This document shows, in pieces, positions 1 to 10,404 of a stretch of DNA of 41,405 nucleotides. Numbering within the stretch: the stretch's first letter is position 1; the number at the start of each line of letters is the position of its first letter. The DNA comes from Gammaproteobacteria bacterium (GTDB lineage: Bacteria; Pseudomonadota; Gammaproteobacteria; GRL18): NCBI GenBank assembly GCA_042095675.1, contig JAUJGA010000165.1, positions 1-41,405 on the forward strand, in the 5' to 3' direction. The translations under genes and the position numbers were made by a program. Below the pieces are notes generated by a model. That model worked only from the letters and a program-made list of their open reading frames with translations, did no database searches and was not told the DNA's origin.

Positions 1-142
1 GACAGCAATTAAAATATTTAGATATACGTCGAATGGCGCGTGAGTACGAATCTATGGTGCTCTTTGCCTTACCCTGAAGTGCCAGTAATTTTACATGGCG
101 CTGATAAAGCTCGTAGCAATTGATGTTTTCTGGATTGATCAT
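1..142 (-). CDS. N-terminus (runs off window) of a tyrosine recombinase of the type paired with IS91-like transposases
   Basis: Manual translation MINPENINCYELYQRHVKLLALQGKAKSTIDSYSRAIRRISKYFNCC resembles the integrase N-terminal SAM-like motif (L-x-G-x3-T-x2-Y-x-R-x2-R); AAGGA RBS upstream. Not in the ORF track. Confidence 0.7.
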   Translation of the reverse strand, partial: MINPENINCYELYQRHVKLLALQGKAKSTIDSYSRAIRRISKYFNCC

Positions 143-240
143 GGTATAATTTCCTTAAAATATTACCAGAAATTGGGTTTGGAAATTATACCTGCTTGGG
201 TGAAGTCATGCTTTTCTGCCGCAAAGAGGCTTCGTCCAAC
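1..240 (-). mobile_element. End of an IS91-like (tyrosine recombinase + HUH transposase) element
   Basis: CTGCCGCAAAGAGGCTTCGTCCAAC at 216-240 (imperfect GCCGC-AAA-GAGGC hairpin followed by CCAAC) about 75 bp upstream of the recombinase start; resembles the ends of such elements as I recall them. Confidence 0.5.
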
Positions 241-576
241 AATGGTTGTTAGACGAATGATAAACTGATTTTTTCTTGGAAGATAATTCATGTGAATAAA
301 CCTTCTAGTACTTTATGCTAATTTAATAAGACAAAGTCTTAAATAGTTGGATTGTTATCTATAAATGTTGTTTAGCTAAGCACATAATATTTACTAAGAG
401 GAGGAATAGTATTTGTACTTATTTTTAATCATATCATTATGAAGCACTCCTGTCTGTACTTAAGGTCACCTTTATTATGAATATATCAGATCAAGTTTGT
501 GTCGCTACACATCAACTTTACTTTATTTCCAGTTATATTTATGGTTGTAAAATTATCTGCCTTTTCAAACGTAATA

Positions 577-1818
577 CTAATCATTGTTTAACTCTATTTG
601 TTTTAATTCATCCCGATAAACTGCAGTAAGTGCAATAGTTAATGATCCCACAGTCAATCCCTGCATATAAGCCAGCCCTGGATTTAGGATCAGGTTGATG
701 GTCAAAGCAGTTAGAAGAATGAGTAATGACCAAATTAGAGGGTTGGTCTTATGATAATGGTAATAATAAAACCAGTTGATACGTACTAAGCGTCTGAGCA
801 GATAAAAATCATAAAAAATATATAAAAATAAACCAATCAATCCGTACTTAAAAGTAATGCCGATTAAACCTAGATCGGAGGGAAAGAATTTATGACCAAA
901 AATATCCTGATAGGTCATACTATATCCGCTGGACTGACCATAACCAAACAAAGGATATTGTTTAATAGTATCCCAGGCCATTGAATAGGATGCGGCACGC
1001 ACACTGGCACCATCAGAATTCATAAAAGAATCAATTAATACCCCTCCTAAAGCTATCAGAAAAAATAGACCCACAGGCCACACAATAAAAAGAACATTCA
1101 TTCGATTTGGGCGAGAGAATAATATAGGATAACAAAAAACAGCAAGAGCAAGTGTGGCCATCTGTGAACGAGCCTTAATTAAAAACCAGATGTAAACTAC
1201 AAGACATAGAACCAGAATCCATCCTAGCCGCTTTAAAGCAGAAATATTCTGAAACAACATCATCATGCCATACACAGTCAATAGAAGTAAGGCAAAAGTT
1301 GGAGGTTTTAGCCGGTAACCGCGCCATTCATCAAAGGTCACCAGATAAGACATGTACCCCGTAGAAAAATAAGCAGAAGGTAAGTCAATACGAAAATAGT
1401 TAACCACATAATTTAATAAAACAATGATCAAACTGAAAATAAATATTTTTTCCAGACGCTCTAAAGGGTATCCTAGGTGATAAATAAAGTAGAGTGCAGG
1501 TGCCAGAAAAACAATTAAAAATTCTCGTGCTGCGAATAAACTGGGCATAATAGCAGTGCCTGCATTGACTGAAAAAATCAGGGCAGAAGAGCCCATAATA
1601 TAGGTGATGAGTAGTGGCGCACTCCAGAACCACCAACGCCATTTTATATTTTTTTTATTAATAGCAAGCTCTATTGATGCATAGAAGAACAGCAGCAGAG
1701 TGAGGGCAATACCCACTTCCTGAAGGCGATTATTAAGAAAGTATTTGCCTCCCTGAAAGCCCACAAAAAAAATAAAAACCAGAGCAAAATCAATGAGTTC
1801 CTTTATTCCCAATCGCAT
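577..1818 (-). CDS. Wzy/O-antigen ligase-like polysaccharide polymerase
   Basis: Multi-TM protein with 'IKARSQM', 'R...AW..IKQYPLFGYG' and 'SDLGLIG' Wzy_C-like motifs. Start moved to MRLGIK (1818) to avoid overlap with the sulfotransferase. Confidence 0.75.
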   Translation of the reverse strand: MRLGIKELIDFALVFIFFVGFQGGKYFLNNRLQEVGIALTLLLFFYASIELAINKKNIKWRWWFWSAPLLITYIMGSSALIFSVNAGTAIMPSLFAAREFLIVFLAPALYFIYHLGYPLERLEKIFIFSLIIVLLNYVVNYFRIDLPSAYFSTGYMSYLVTFDEWRGYRLKPPTFALLLLTVYGMMMLFQNISALKRLGWILVLCLVVYIWFLIKARSQMATLALAVFCYPILFSRPNRMNVLFIVWPVGLFFLIALGGVLIDSFMNSDGASVRAASYSMAWDTIKQYPLFGYGQSSGYSMTYQDIFGHKFFPSDLGLIGITFKYGLIGLFLYIFYDFYLLRRLVRINWFYYYHYHKTNPLIWSLLILLTALTINLILNPGLAYMQGLTVGSLTIALTAVYRDELKQIELNND

Positions 1819-1822
1819 AGGT

Positions 1823-2770
1823 TTACTTTTTATGAAATGCCGGCCAGGGTACTTGTGAACCAGTGATGGACTCAAGCAACTTAATATCAGGCATGAAGTG
1901 CTGAGCCATTTTTTCTTTAGCCTGCTCAGAAGGTCCGGATTGTTTGTCATTTTTTCTGACATTCATCTGTTCATACCAGTAATTAAGATAACCTCGTGTG
2001 CGTGAGGGAACTCTATTCCAAAAAAATCGAAATAAATGATTGGCCTTTATTGCTTCCTTCCAGGCGCTTGGAACGAATAAACGACTTCCGCCTTTATGAT
2101 AGATTTTTCCTAAATTGGCAGGTGTAAATTTATCCTGTAAGCCAAGAAAGTCAGTAACTTTATTAATGCTACCTTGTGGATCTTTCATTAATTCATCCAT
2201 ATATAAAACCAGTAATTGCTCTTTTTTAAAGTATTCACGATACCGTTGCAAGATACGTCCATACTCACTCCAGACACAATAAAAATGTGTATCTTGATTT
2301 GGCTCATTACCTTCACTACCATCGTAACCAGAGCTATGTTCTGGAGGAGGTGCTTGTCTGTATTTTTGTAAATGATCTTTGCCAAGCAGTTCATCAACAA
2401 CCTGATCAAAATCTCTATCATCCAATTCACGACGTTGTGACATGATGTAATGAGAATAGCTGCGGTCAATGGGATTTCTTAATATGGCAATTAATTTAGC
2501 ACCAGGATTTTGTTTAGCAATACGTTTTGCTGCTCCTGGATCACCCATATATTGTGGGCTGGCTGTGCCCCATAATTTTTCTTCCGCTGCATTATAAAAA
2601 TAATGATCAATAAAGGATGACCAGCCTTTATTAAACAGTTTTGTATTACTGAAAAAAGGGGCTTCTTTGTCAGTGGGCATAACAATGTCAGGGTGTTCAG
2701 AAAGATATTTAAACATTGAAGTGGTGGCTGATTTTTGTGCACCAATAATAATAAAATCAAGTTGTTTCAT
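1823..2770 (-). CDS. PAPS-dependent sulfotransferase
   Basis: 5'-PSB loop IIGAQKSATTS, KE-x-x-FF, 3'-PB motif LRNPIDRSYSHY. Confidence 0.9.
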   Translation of the reverse strand: MKQLDFIIIGAQKSATTSMFKYLSEHPDIVMPTDKEAPFFSNTKLFNKGWSSFIDHYFYNAAEEKLWGTASPQYMGDPGAAKRIAKQNPGAKLIAILRNPIDRSYSHYIMSQRRELDDRDFDQVVDELLGKDHLQKYRQAPPPEHSSGYDGSEGNEPNQDTHFYCVWSEYGRILQRYREYFKKEQLLVLYMDELMKDPQGSINKVTDFLGLQDKFTPANLGKIYHKGGSRLFVPSAWKEAIKANHLFRFFWNRVPSRTRGYLNYWYEQMNVRKNDKQSGPSEQAKEKMAQHFMPDIKLLESITGSQVPWPAFHKK

Positions 2771-2782
2771 AATAAAAACCTT

Positions 2783-4144
2783 TTAGCTTAAAATTGATGC
2801 CATTTTTAGTTGGCGTATAAAATAGAGAGAAAGCAGTAGTGATAAAATGTTTTTAAAGGCAATGCCCAGTGCATAAGCGGTTGTGATCCCGATAATTCCA
2901 TATTCATTGCCCAGTATAATCATCAATGGCAGCATGATGATAAAAGACAGTAAAATAGCACCAAGTTCACTCTTTTCTTGATGAATCATAATCAAAAAAT
3001 ACCCCACCAGCCCTGTTGCTGAGTTAACTAACTGAGCGATGGCTAGAATAAGCAGTATATTTTTTGCCTGTAAAAATTCTTCACCAAAAAATGACAAAAT
3101 AAAATCTGGAAAAACCATAAATAGAATAAAAAAGGGCAGGTAAGCTGCCAGGGAATAACACTGAGAATGATGTAGTTCCTGTTTGAGTTTCTGAATGTTA
3201 TTTTCTTTATAGTGGTTGACAAAGCGAGGACCAAATAAAGCGGAGAGACTCACCAGAATGGTGGTTGATAACATGACCAGTCGAAAAGCAATACCAAACA
3301 AACCAATTTCTTCAGTACTGCTAATATAAGGTAAAATAAATACGGGCAAGTTAACAAACCAGATATTTAAAATCATGCTAAACCAGATAAAAAGTAGTGA
3401 ACGAGATAAAAAAGACTTGAGTTTGGGTGGTTGAGTGGATTCAAAAACTTTATCCATTGCTTGAATATTCTTCTTAATGGTCTTTGTCCAGTTAACATAT
3501 AATAAAATTAAGACCAGCAATAAGGTTGATAGGTGTATGACTAAGAGTGTTTGTATAGTGATCTGAAGTGAGAAAGCCAGTAGCACAGACAGACTTAATA
3601 TTATTCCTAATGGTAAGTATGCAGACTCTGCAAGAATACCTGAATTGGTTAAACCAATGGCTTTTAATGCCTCTGACAGAATACGAATCAATACAAATAG
3701 GATAGAAGCAATGGCAGCATATTGTAGTATGTAATCACCCTCAACATTGCTCAGAAAAATGTCTGATACTAATGATGGACTGATAATGAATGGAGCAGTA
3801 ATCATCAAACAGGATATAATGGCTATCAATAAAAACCTGTTGACTACCAGTAAAATTAACTGCATTTGATTCTTCTTATGATACTTCGAGATCTGTCTCA
3901 TGGTATACATTGGCAAGCCCAGACTTGAGATATCTGCTAACATGACCATCCAGGTTGAATAGATATGATAGATCCCCATACCACGTGCACCCAATAACTG
4001 GGCAATGATGAGATTGACAATAAATTGCAGTGATACACCAAGACCACGATTCAATAGTGCAAAAATGACACGGTGGGTCTTGTGTGAGAAGAACACAGAA
4101 TGAAGCTTTTTATTAAGTGTGAGTGTTTGATTATTATTGTTCAT
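2783..4144 (-). CDS. Wzx-type oligosaccharide flippase
   Basis: Polytopic MOP/PST-family pattern (LGARGMGIY, EIGLFGIAFRL, YGIIG). Start taken at MNNNNQ (4144), overlapping the wzz stop. Confidence 0.8.
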   Translation of the reverse strand: MNNNNQTLTLNKKLHSVFFSHKTHRVIFALLNRGLGVSLQFIVNLIIAQLLGARGMGIYHIYSTWMVMLADISSLGLPMYTMRQISKYHKKNQMQLILLVVNRFLLIAIISCLMITAPFIISPSLVSDIFLSNVEGDYILQYAAIASILFVLIRILSEALKAIGLTNSGILAESAYLPLGIILSLSVLLAFSLQITIQTLLVIHLSTLLLVLILLYVNWTKTIKKNIQAMDKVFESTQPPKLKSFLSRSLLFIWFSMILNIWFVNLPVFILPYISSTEEIGLFGIAFRLVMLSTTILVSLSALFGPRFVNHYKENNIQKLKQELHHSQCYSLAAYLPFFILFMVFPDFILSFFGEEFLQAKNILLILAIAQLVNSATGLVGYFLIMIHQEKSELGAILLSFIIMLPLMIILGNEYGIIGITTAYALGIAFKNILSLLLSLYFIRQLKMASILS

Positions 4145-5057
4145 GTTTTTGTTTCTCATACTGACTGATTGATACACTAATGCGCTGAAAAACAATACGG
4201 CCAATAATAAAGACAATGCTAAGAATGAAGACTCCAGAAAATGTCAGTATGGCAATTTTCTTTTTTGCCGGACTGACCTTGTAAAGCGGAGCAATCGCGG
4301 GATCCAGTACTTCGACTGCATATTGTTCTTTATTGCTGGCTAACATTTTTATCACCAGCTGGGCTTCAATTAAGCGATATAGTGACTTTTGCATTTCTAA
4401 AAAATCAGTTTGTTCTAGTGTCTTGCGTAGAAAAGAAATTTTACGATCAGCCTCTTTAATATTTGATGTACGGCGGTAGTGATTAAATTCACGTACGAAT
4501 AAATTAGCGATATCTGCTGCAAGCTGAGGTTCGCCTAATTTTATTTTGATAATCATCAAGTTATTTTCATCATTGCGATTAACACTGCATATTTGTTCTT
4601 TAAAAATTTCAGAAGCTAATGTCATATCCGGCACGAAATTATCTTTCCATTGTTTTTTGTTTTTATCCCAGCGTTTAGAAAAAATGATGGGTAATAAATT
4701 ATTATCTTCAATGAATTTTTTTGTAAATACTCTAGAGCGCATCCTTGCAATGACTCGATCTTGATGGTTGTCGTTGACGGCATTGGTAATGAAATCCTGT
4801 TCCACCAATGTCACTGCTTCAGGTGCACGACGATTGTCTGGTGAAATACCACCCAACTCTTTGACTTCCACCAGAGCCAGGCGTGAAAATGATTCATACT
4901 TCACTGGCATAAAAAAACTCAGGGCATATGCAATGGATGCACAAGCAATAGAAATAAAAAATATTTTATATTTGTTATTTAATATGTTTGTTACATATTC
5001 GAGAAGCTCGATTTCATCATCAATTATCTCGGCAATCTGATCATAATTATTATTCAT
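4134..5057 (-). CDS. Wzz-family chain-length determinant
   Basis: N-terminal DDEIEL plus TM, periplasmic coiled region, C-terminal VLDPAIAP..K.SP.K plus TM. Confidence 0.85.
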   Translation of the reverse strand: MNNNYDQIAEIIDDEIELLEYVTNILNNKYKIFFISIACASIAYALSFFMPVKYESFSRLALVEVKELGGISPDNRRAPEAVTLVEQDFITNAVNDNHQDRVIARMRSRVFTKKFIEDNNLLPIIFSKRWDKNKKQWKDNFVPDMTLASEIFKEQICSVNRNDENNLMIIKIKLGEPQLAADIANLFVREFNHYRRTSNIKEADRKISFLRKTLEQTDFLEMQKSLYRLIEAQLVIKMLASNKEQYAVEVLDPAIAPLYKVSPAKKKIAILTFSGVFILSIVFIIGRIVFQRISVSISQYEKQKHEQ

Positions 5058-5089
5058 GCTTTTGTCTCAAAGTATTCTTATACGTATTT

Positions 5090-7921
5090 TTATAGTATTG
5101 CGGCAATACCCGCTGCAGATAAAGTAAGGCGAAAGACAATTTGTGTCCACGACTGCAAGCTTTCTGTATTATTACTGCGATCCACATCAATGGGGACATA
5201 GATACTGGCACCTGGCTGTATTGGAATGTTTTTCCATGAAGCAAACCAGCCTTCTTTACGAACGGATAAGACTTCGCCATTTGCCTGAACCACATAGGCA
5301 TGTGATTCCTTGCCCAAATCAGTCACACCACCACTGAGATCAATATAATCTTCACTGCCTTTTGTTTTGTTATAGGTATGAGAGGTTGAGTGATACACTT
5401 CACCAAAGACAGAAACTTCATAAGCCAATTGTGGTACGATTAACTGATCCCCATTTTCAAGTAGCACATCCGCTTCTTCGTCACAAACCAGTATCTTTTT
5501 CATATCAATGACCATACGTCCGGTGGCTTTGGCTCGTTTTAATTTTTTAATGACTGAATTAATTTCATGCATTTCTTCATCAGCCGGCATTTTCTCATCA
5601 TTTTTTAATGAAGGTGATAAATGTAACTTGACTAATAAATCATCATAATCATTGTGAATTTTATCCAGAGATTGTTGTTGTTTTTCTCTGACACTCTCAC
5701 GGTTAAATACTGCACCATAAAGATAGGCTTTATTGGTCAGTCCACCAGCACGTTGGATTACGTTGCAGAGTGTTTCATTGTTATCAATGGGATAAGTACC
5801 TGGGAATTTCACTTCACCTGCCAGCTCAACAATACGTTTACCTTGCCACTGAGGTTTTTTGTGAATTGTCAGATGATCATGAGGATGAAGGATCAGATTT
5901 GATTTCACATTACCTTTCAATAGGTCATTCAGTTCAACATACTGGTGTTCAGCAATCTGATACTGACCATCTATGAGCTTATAGCGTGTTAATTCAGCCT
6001 CCATTCCATAGGAAGATTCATTTAAATCCCCAGCTGCTTTTAGTAGTTGAGCAATACGCATACCTGGCTCAAGAGGATAATCTCCTTGGTGATCAATCTT
6101 TCCTGAAATTGAAACAACTGGTGCCATTGATCCATATGCGGTTTCTGATTTAAGTTGTTTTATATGTGCCTTAATCAGCTGTGCACGATTAACTTTTGAA
6201 TTGAACAGATAAACAGTATCTTCAGGATGAATGACTGGATTCCACTCTGAAACAGGTTTGTTTCTGGCTTTATTTAAATCTATAGAAAACATTTCCAGTT
6301 TATTATCGGGGTATTTTTTTCTAGCAATTAAGGCATAGTTTTTATCAGTACCAATTTTGACACCACCAGCAACATCGATGGTATCCAGTAAACGTGCCGC
6401 ATATTGAAGAGGAAAGGTTCCCGTGTTTCTGACAAAGCCTTTAATTGTGAAAACCATGGGTGGATATTCGGGCGTGCTTTGAATTTGCATGTTCTGAACA
6501 ATGTGTGCTAATTGTTTTTCTCTGTTTTGTGACAGATCAAATAAAATAATCTCATCCCGACGATGTAACTTAATGTCAGCGGAAGATCCAGGTCTGCTAA
6601 GGGCTTTTTTCAAACCAATATAATGTACTTCAATACGACGTTCCTTGCGTAACTCTCTTTTTAAAAGAGCAAACTCAGTATCAACATTTTGTCGCAGTTG
6701 TTCAGCAGATTGTAAAATATGAGAGAGACGCATATTCTCTTTATACTCATACCCACCAGGTTGAATCACATGTCCACTTAATAAAACAATATCATCAATT
6801 TGTTTTTTGACTGGAAAAATACGGATTAGATCCCCTGATTTAACTTTCAGGTTGTTGATGTTTTTTGTGGATTTTGAAAGGCTAATCAAAGTGTGATATT
6901 GCCCTTTTTTAATACGCTCAATATGGGAAGAGTCAAGCGATGCTGTGGGGAGTAATCCACCAGCGAGTTTAATCACATCAAAAAAATAGGTTTGACCTTT
7001 AAATTCATAGATGGCTGGGCGTTGAACTTCACCACCCACACCTATTGTTTTACCAATAGCAGGTACAAATATTACATCACCATGTGCTAATCTGATATTG
7101 GATTGAGTATTGCCATACAGTAGGACATTATAGAGATCGAACGATGACACGACTTTGCCGTTCCTTTTCAGCTGGATATTTCTTAAACTACCAGTACGTT
7201 TAACTCCGCCACTGACTAATAGAGCATTCATCAGATCAGTTAAGCCACCCACAGTATAACTACCTGGTTTAAGTACATCACCGACGATCATAATATTGAT
7301 GGTACGAAGTTCACCCATGGTAATGGCTGCTTTAGTACCAAAAATTTGTTTTTCAAAACGACTTTTCAGGTTTTCTTTTACTTCTGAAAAGGTGAGGCCA
7401 GATACCAAAATTGGCCCCATACCTGGTGCCAGTATATTGCCATCACGGGTCACAACTAATTTATATTCAACATTCGTTTTTCCATACAGTTGTGTCACAA
7501 TGGTATCGCCAGGACCAACCATATAATCAAGTGGTACAGGGATATTAGTGACTGGAGAAAATGTCATAGGTACTTGGCTGAATAAATCATAGCCAAACTG
7601 CTCCAGAGATGGCTGAATGATTTGTTTTTGCACTTTGTCTTCCAAAGAAATAGTGTTCAGCTTTTCAGCTATATTTTTTTCTATTTCTGATGGTTCATTA
7701 TCTAAGCCATTGTAAATATTGACACGCTGAAAAGTCGGTGGAGTATAAGGCACTTCATCCTGCCCCGTAGCAGCTGCTTTATGATAAATCTTTTGCTGTT
7801 CAAAAGAGAGAGAATCTAGAAGAGGTTTTGGTTCACCGCCATTGGCATTAAAGCTCACTATAAGTAGTGAGAATAGTATGGTGATTAATTGCTTTAAAAC
7901 AGTTGCTGTATTTGTTTTCAT
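5090..7921 (-). CDS. Polysaccharide export protein (Poly_export + multiple SLBB domains; Wza/KpsD/OtnA-like)
   Basis: Signal peptide, FGYDLF, YMVGPGD, repeated GEV..PG.Y / AGG SLBB motifs. Confidence 0.88.
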   Translation of the reverse strand: MKTNTATVLKQLITILFSLLIVSFNANGGEPKPLLDSLSFEQQKIYHKAAATGQDEVPYTPPTFQRVNIYNGLDNEPSEIEKNIAEKLNTISLEDKVQKQIIQPSLEQFGYDLFSQVPMTFSPVTNIPVPLDYMVGPGDTIVTQLYGKTNVEYKLVVTRDGNILAPGMGPILVSGLTFSEVKENLKSRFEKQIFGTKAAITMGELRTINIMIVGDVLKPGSYTVGGLTDLMNALLVSGGVKRTGSLRNIQLKRNGKVVSSFDLYNVLLYGNTQSNIRLAHGDVIFVPAIGKTIGVGGEVQRPAIYEFKGQTYFFDVIKLAGGLLPTASLDSSHIERIKKGQYHTLISLSKSTKNINNLKVKSGDLIRIFPVKKQIDDIVLLSGHVIQPGGYEYKENMRLSHILQSAEQLRQNVDTEFALLKRELRKERRIEVHYIGLKKALSRPGSSADIKLHRRDEIILFDLSQNREKQLAHIVQNMQIQSTPEYPPMVFTIKGFVRNTGTFPLQYAARLLDTIDVAGGVKIGTDKNYALIARKKYPDNKLEMFSIDLNKARNKPVSEWNPVIHPEDTVYLFNSKVNRAQLIKAHIKQLKSETAYGSMAPVVSISGKIDHQGDYPLEPGMRIAQLLKAAGDLNESSYGMEAELTRYKLIDGQYQIAEHQYVELNDLLKGNVKSNLILHPHDHLTIHKKPQWQGKRIVELAGEVKFPGTYPIDNNETLCNVIQRAGGLTNKAYLYGAVFNRESVREKQQQSLDKIHNDYDDLLVKLHLSPSLKNDEKMPADEEMHEINSVIKKLKRAKATGRMVIDMKKILVCDEEADVLLENGDQLIVPQLAYEVSVFGEVYHSTSHTYNKTKGSEDYIDLSGGVTDLGKESHAYVVQANGEVLSVRKEGWFASWKNIPIQPGASIYVPIDVDRSNNTESLQSWTQIVFRLTLSAAGIAAIL

Positions 7922-7946
7922 TTTATTATCTTCCACTGTAAACTCT

Positions 7947-8756
7947 CTATTTAATCAAGTATCTTGGATTACTGGTTTTACTGTTTCTTGGACATCCAAT
8001 CCAATTGATCGGTGTTCCTTGTGGTGTATTTGGACATTGATCCCTATAGTTATAAATACCATCATTATCTATATCTTTTGGTATTGTAAGAAATATTTTT
8101 TCGACAAAGTCAGCCATTTTGTTGGCACTGGCTAAACTTTCGGTGTTTGATGAACTGCCACAATTTTCTGGCCTGATAAGACGTTTGTTTTTATGGATAT
8201 TGTTCACACCAATCATGTGCAGGCAAATATTGTTTCCCAATTTCAAAAAGAGTTGTTCAGATTGTTTTAGAGTGGTATCCGTTATTTGATTCCAGTCTGT
8301 GAGTGTAATAATTGTTGAATGAATCTCTGAGTTTTCTAATTGTTTTGCATAATACTCTAAGGCTGATGAAAGAAAATTATGGTTTGAGATAGTTCTGTTT
8401 AACAAATCTTGCAAGTCATCTTTATAAATAATCTCTTGTTGATAAAGTAAATTTTTCGGCATTGTGGCCATTAAATTTTCCAGAGTTTTGTTAATCAGCT
8501 TTTTTTTGTCTGATTTATCCTCAACGAGGATAATGATGTTACCAGTCTTTTGCTGATACTGCTTTTTTTCCTTTTTTAGTGCAATATTCACAGACTTGAA
8601 AGGCAATTCAGCAGTTTTGTAACGATAATCATCACTGCGTTGCATGGGTGAAATTGCTCCGGGCTTAGAAGCACATCCAGAAACAATAATAGTGACAATT
8701 ACTAATATTATTGTTCTGATTACACTGGCTGATAATCTCGTATTATTTATTTTCAT
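7947..8756 (-). CDS. Lipoprotein with a C-terminal thrombospondin type-3-like Ca-binding repeat (OmpA-associated type, no OmpA domain)
   Basis: Lipobox VSGC; DIDNDGIYNYRDQCPNTPQGTPINWIGCP. Confidence 0.6.
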   Translation of the reverse strand: MKINNTRLSASVIRTIILVIVTIIVSGCASKPGAISPMQRSDDYRYKTAELPFKSVNIALKKEKKQYQQKTGNIIILVEDKSDKKKLINKTLENLMATMPKNLLYQQEIIYKDDLQDLLNRTISNHNFLSSALEYYAKQLENSEIHSTIITLTDWNQITDTTLKQSEQLFLKLGNNICLHMIGVNNIHKNKRLIRPENCGSSSNTESLASANKMADFVEKIFLTIPKDIDNDGIYNYRDQCPNTPQGTPINWIGCPRNSKTSNPRYLIK

Positions 8757-8785
8757 TATTTTTTCTTTTAAGTATTATTGGTCTG

Positions 8786-9649
8786 TTATTTTGTCTGGGC
8801 ATTGATTAACAGTTTTTTATAATCATTTGTATCAATTGATAAATTTGATTGAATTAATACAGAGGTATAAACCTGAGGAATGTTCTCTAAAAAATGACTC
8901 AATTCATCTATGTTCTTGATGGGGTGATGCCATGAGCAATAACAAAGTTCATGTGCATCCTTATAATGCCCCGACTGCCCAGCCATCACATGTTCAGCAA
9001 AAATTCCATAGAGAATATATTCTGAAAAATCCAGAGTATTGGCCAGTGCATGTTTCCACGGTTTTTTTGAGTTTTTTTCTATTTGTTGAGTTAATTTCTG
9101 TAAAGTATCACGACGCCAGCAAACTAATTGACTGATATAATCACGGGTCAATTGACCGGTATTTTTAAGTCCGGATAATTGAGCTGCATGTTCATGCCAG
9201 GCTTGTTTACGCTTATCTGAGTAGTCATCTATTTTTCGCGGCATACTACACAACCTGACTTTATCCCCTTGTATAATGGAGGATGCACTAAAAGGACGTA
9301 TAAAAGTGACATCAGAATCTGCAAAGAGATAGGCATCAGAATCGACGAATTCATGCACAGATAGTTTGACTATTTGTTGTAATATCCATCCACGAACTGG
9401 CAGACCCTTGAGGTTGAGCCACCATTTTTTTGTAAATGGCATTTTTATAAGCCAGGAGGGGAGTATGGTTTCTTTAACGACAATATCAGTTTTATCACTT
9501 TCAAGTGTTTTGAAAAGTTCATAATCAGACTTATCAACAATAATAATATGCTTTTTATAGTCACTGACATATTTATCGATACTTTCGCATAGCATTTTGC
9601 ATCGCTCAAAATCAGGTGCATAACTGGGTGTAATCAGTGAAACTTCCAT
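8786..9649 (-). CDS. Glycosyltransferase-like protein (DUF6492-like)
   Basis: ITPSYAPDFERC, GWILQQIVKL, DSD (DxD) motif, FSEYILYG; GGAG RBS. Confidence 0.65.
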   Translation of the reverse strand: MEVSLITPSYAPDFERCKMLCESIDKYVSDYKKHIIIVDKSDYELFKTLESDKTDIVVKETILPSWLIKMPFTKKWWLNLKGLPVRGWILQQIVKLSVHEFVDSDAYLFADSDVTFIRPFSASSIIQGDKVRLCSMPRKIDDYSDKRKQAWHEHAAQLSGLKNTGQLTRDYISQLVCWRRDTLQKLTQQIEKNSKKPWKHALANTLDFSEYILYGIFAEHVMAGQSGHYKDAHELCYCSWHHPIKNIDELSHFLENIPQVYTSVLIQSNLSIDTNDYKKLLINAQTK

Positions 9650-9708
9650 TATATTCTCCGCTAATAAATAGTTTGTATTGTTAAAATACTGGTCATATTT
9701 ATTACTAG

Positions 9709-9725
9709 AGCAAGAGGTATGCCTG
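9709..9725 (-). promoter_or_regulatory. Sigma54 (-24/-12) promoter of the polysaccharide operon
   Basis: Minus strand CAGGCATACCTCTTGCT = GG-N10-GC, about 60 bp upstream of the first gene. Confidence 0.6.
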
Positions 9726-9788
9726 ATTTGTTTTTTTATGAATGAAATTATTTATATGCATCAGGCAAAGCATAAACTAATTGATTGA

Positions 9789-9968
9789 ATTTAAGACATA
9801 TTTTTATAAAAAAGATGTCTTAAATAGCCGAAATAATATTTAAAACAAGTGATTACATATATTGGGTTGTTTTTCAGAAAGGGGGAAGTAATGTTTTAGT
9901 TCTACGGTATTTACATAGAATGTTTATTAAAAGTTACTTTTATCATTTTTCTATAAAATGATAAAAGT
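9789..9968. repeat. Two intergenic palindromes
   Basis: ATTTAAGACAT...ATGTCTTAAAT (9789-9825) and ACTTTTATCATTTT-N5-AAAATGATAAAAGT (9936-9968). Confidence 0.6.
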
Positions 9969-10196
9969 TTCTTATTTTTGCATAATGATTTGCAATTTGA
10001 AAATGCTAAGCAATATCAGACATCAAGAGATTTATTCGAATACAATAATCAATTTATATTTCAGGTGAAGGTATAATACGATGATTTACAAATATCTGTA
10101 AAGATTGTTTTAGGTGTAATGTATTGATAAATAAGACAATTATGTTGTTGTATTTAACTAAAGACTAATAATTTCAAAAGATTAGATAAGAAAGTT

Positions 10197-10381
10197 GCGT
10201 CCCCTAGGGAAACACCATAGCGATATTAATGAAAGCTGCTTAATATTACTTGTCCCTGTTTGTCATTATTAATCAATCACTTGCAATTGATTGTTCATTT
10301 AATAGTCATTACTCTAAATGTATGATTCAGGTTGCCTAGCGGCGTCCTGAAGACATTCAGGTGACCTGAAGGTTGCCTGAA
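10197..10381. mobile_element. Putative integrase attachment site (core + IHF box + arm-type repeats)
   Basis: GCGTCCCCTAGGGAAACACCA (10197-10217) resembles the tRNA-Glu 3' end; IHF consensus AATCAA-TCAC-TTG at 10271-10283; AGGT(T/G)(G/A)CCT repeats at 10329-10378, including palindrome TTCAGGT-G-ACCTGAA. Confidence 0.55.
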
Positions 10382-10404
10382 AAAATGCATTTTAGGTGAT
10401 TTGA

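Noticed and set aside
10197-10217. Intact tRNA-Glu gene
   Set aside because: Only the 3' end matches; no T-loop, anticodon arm or D arm on either strand.
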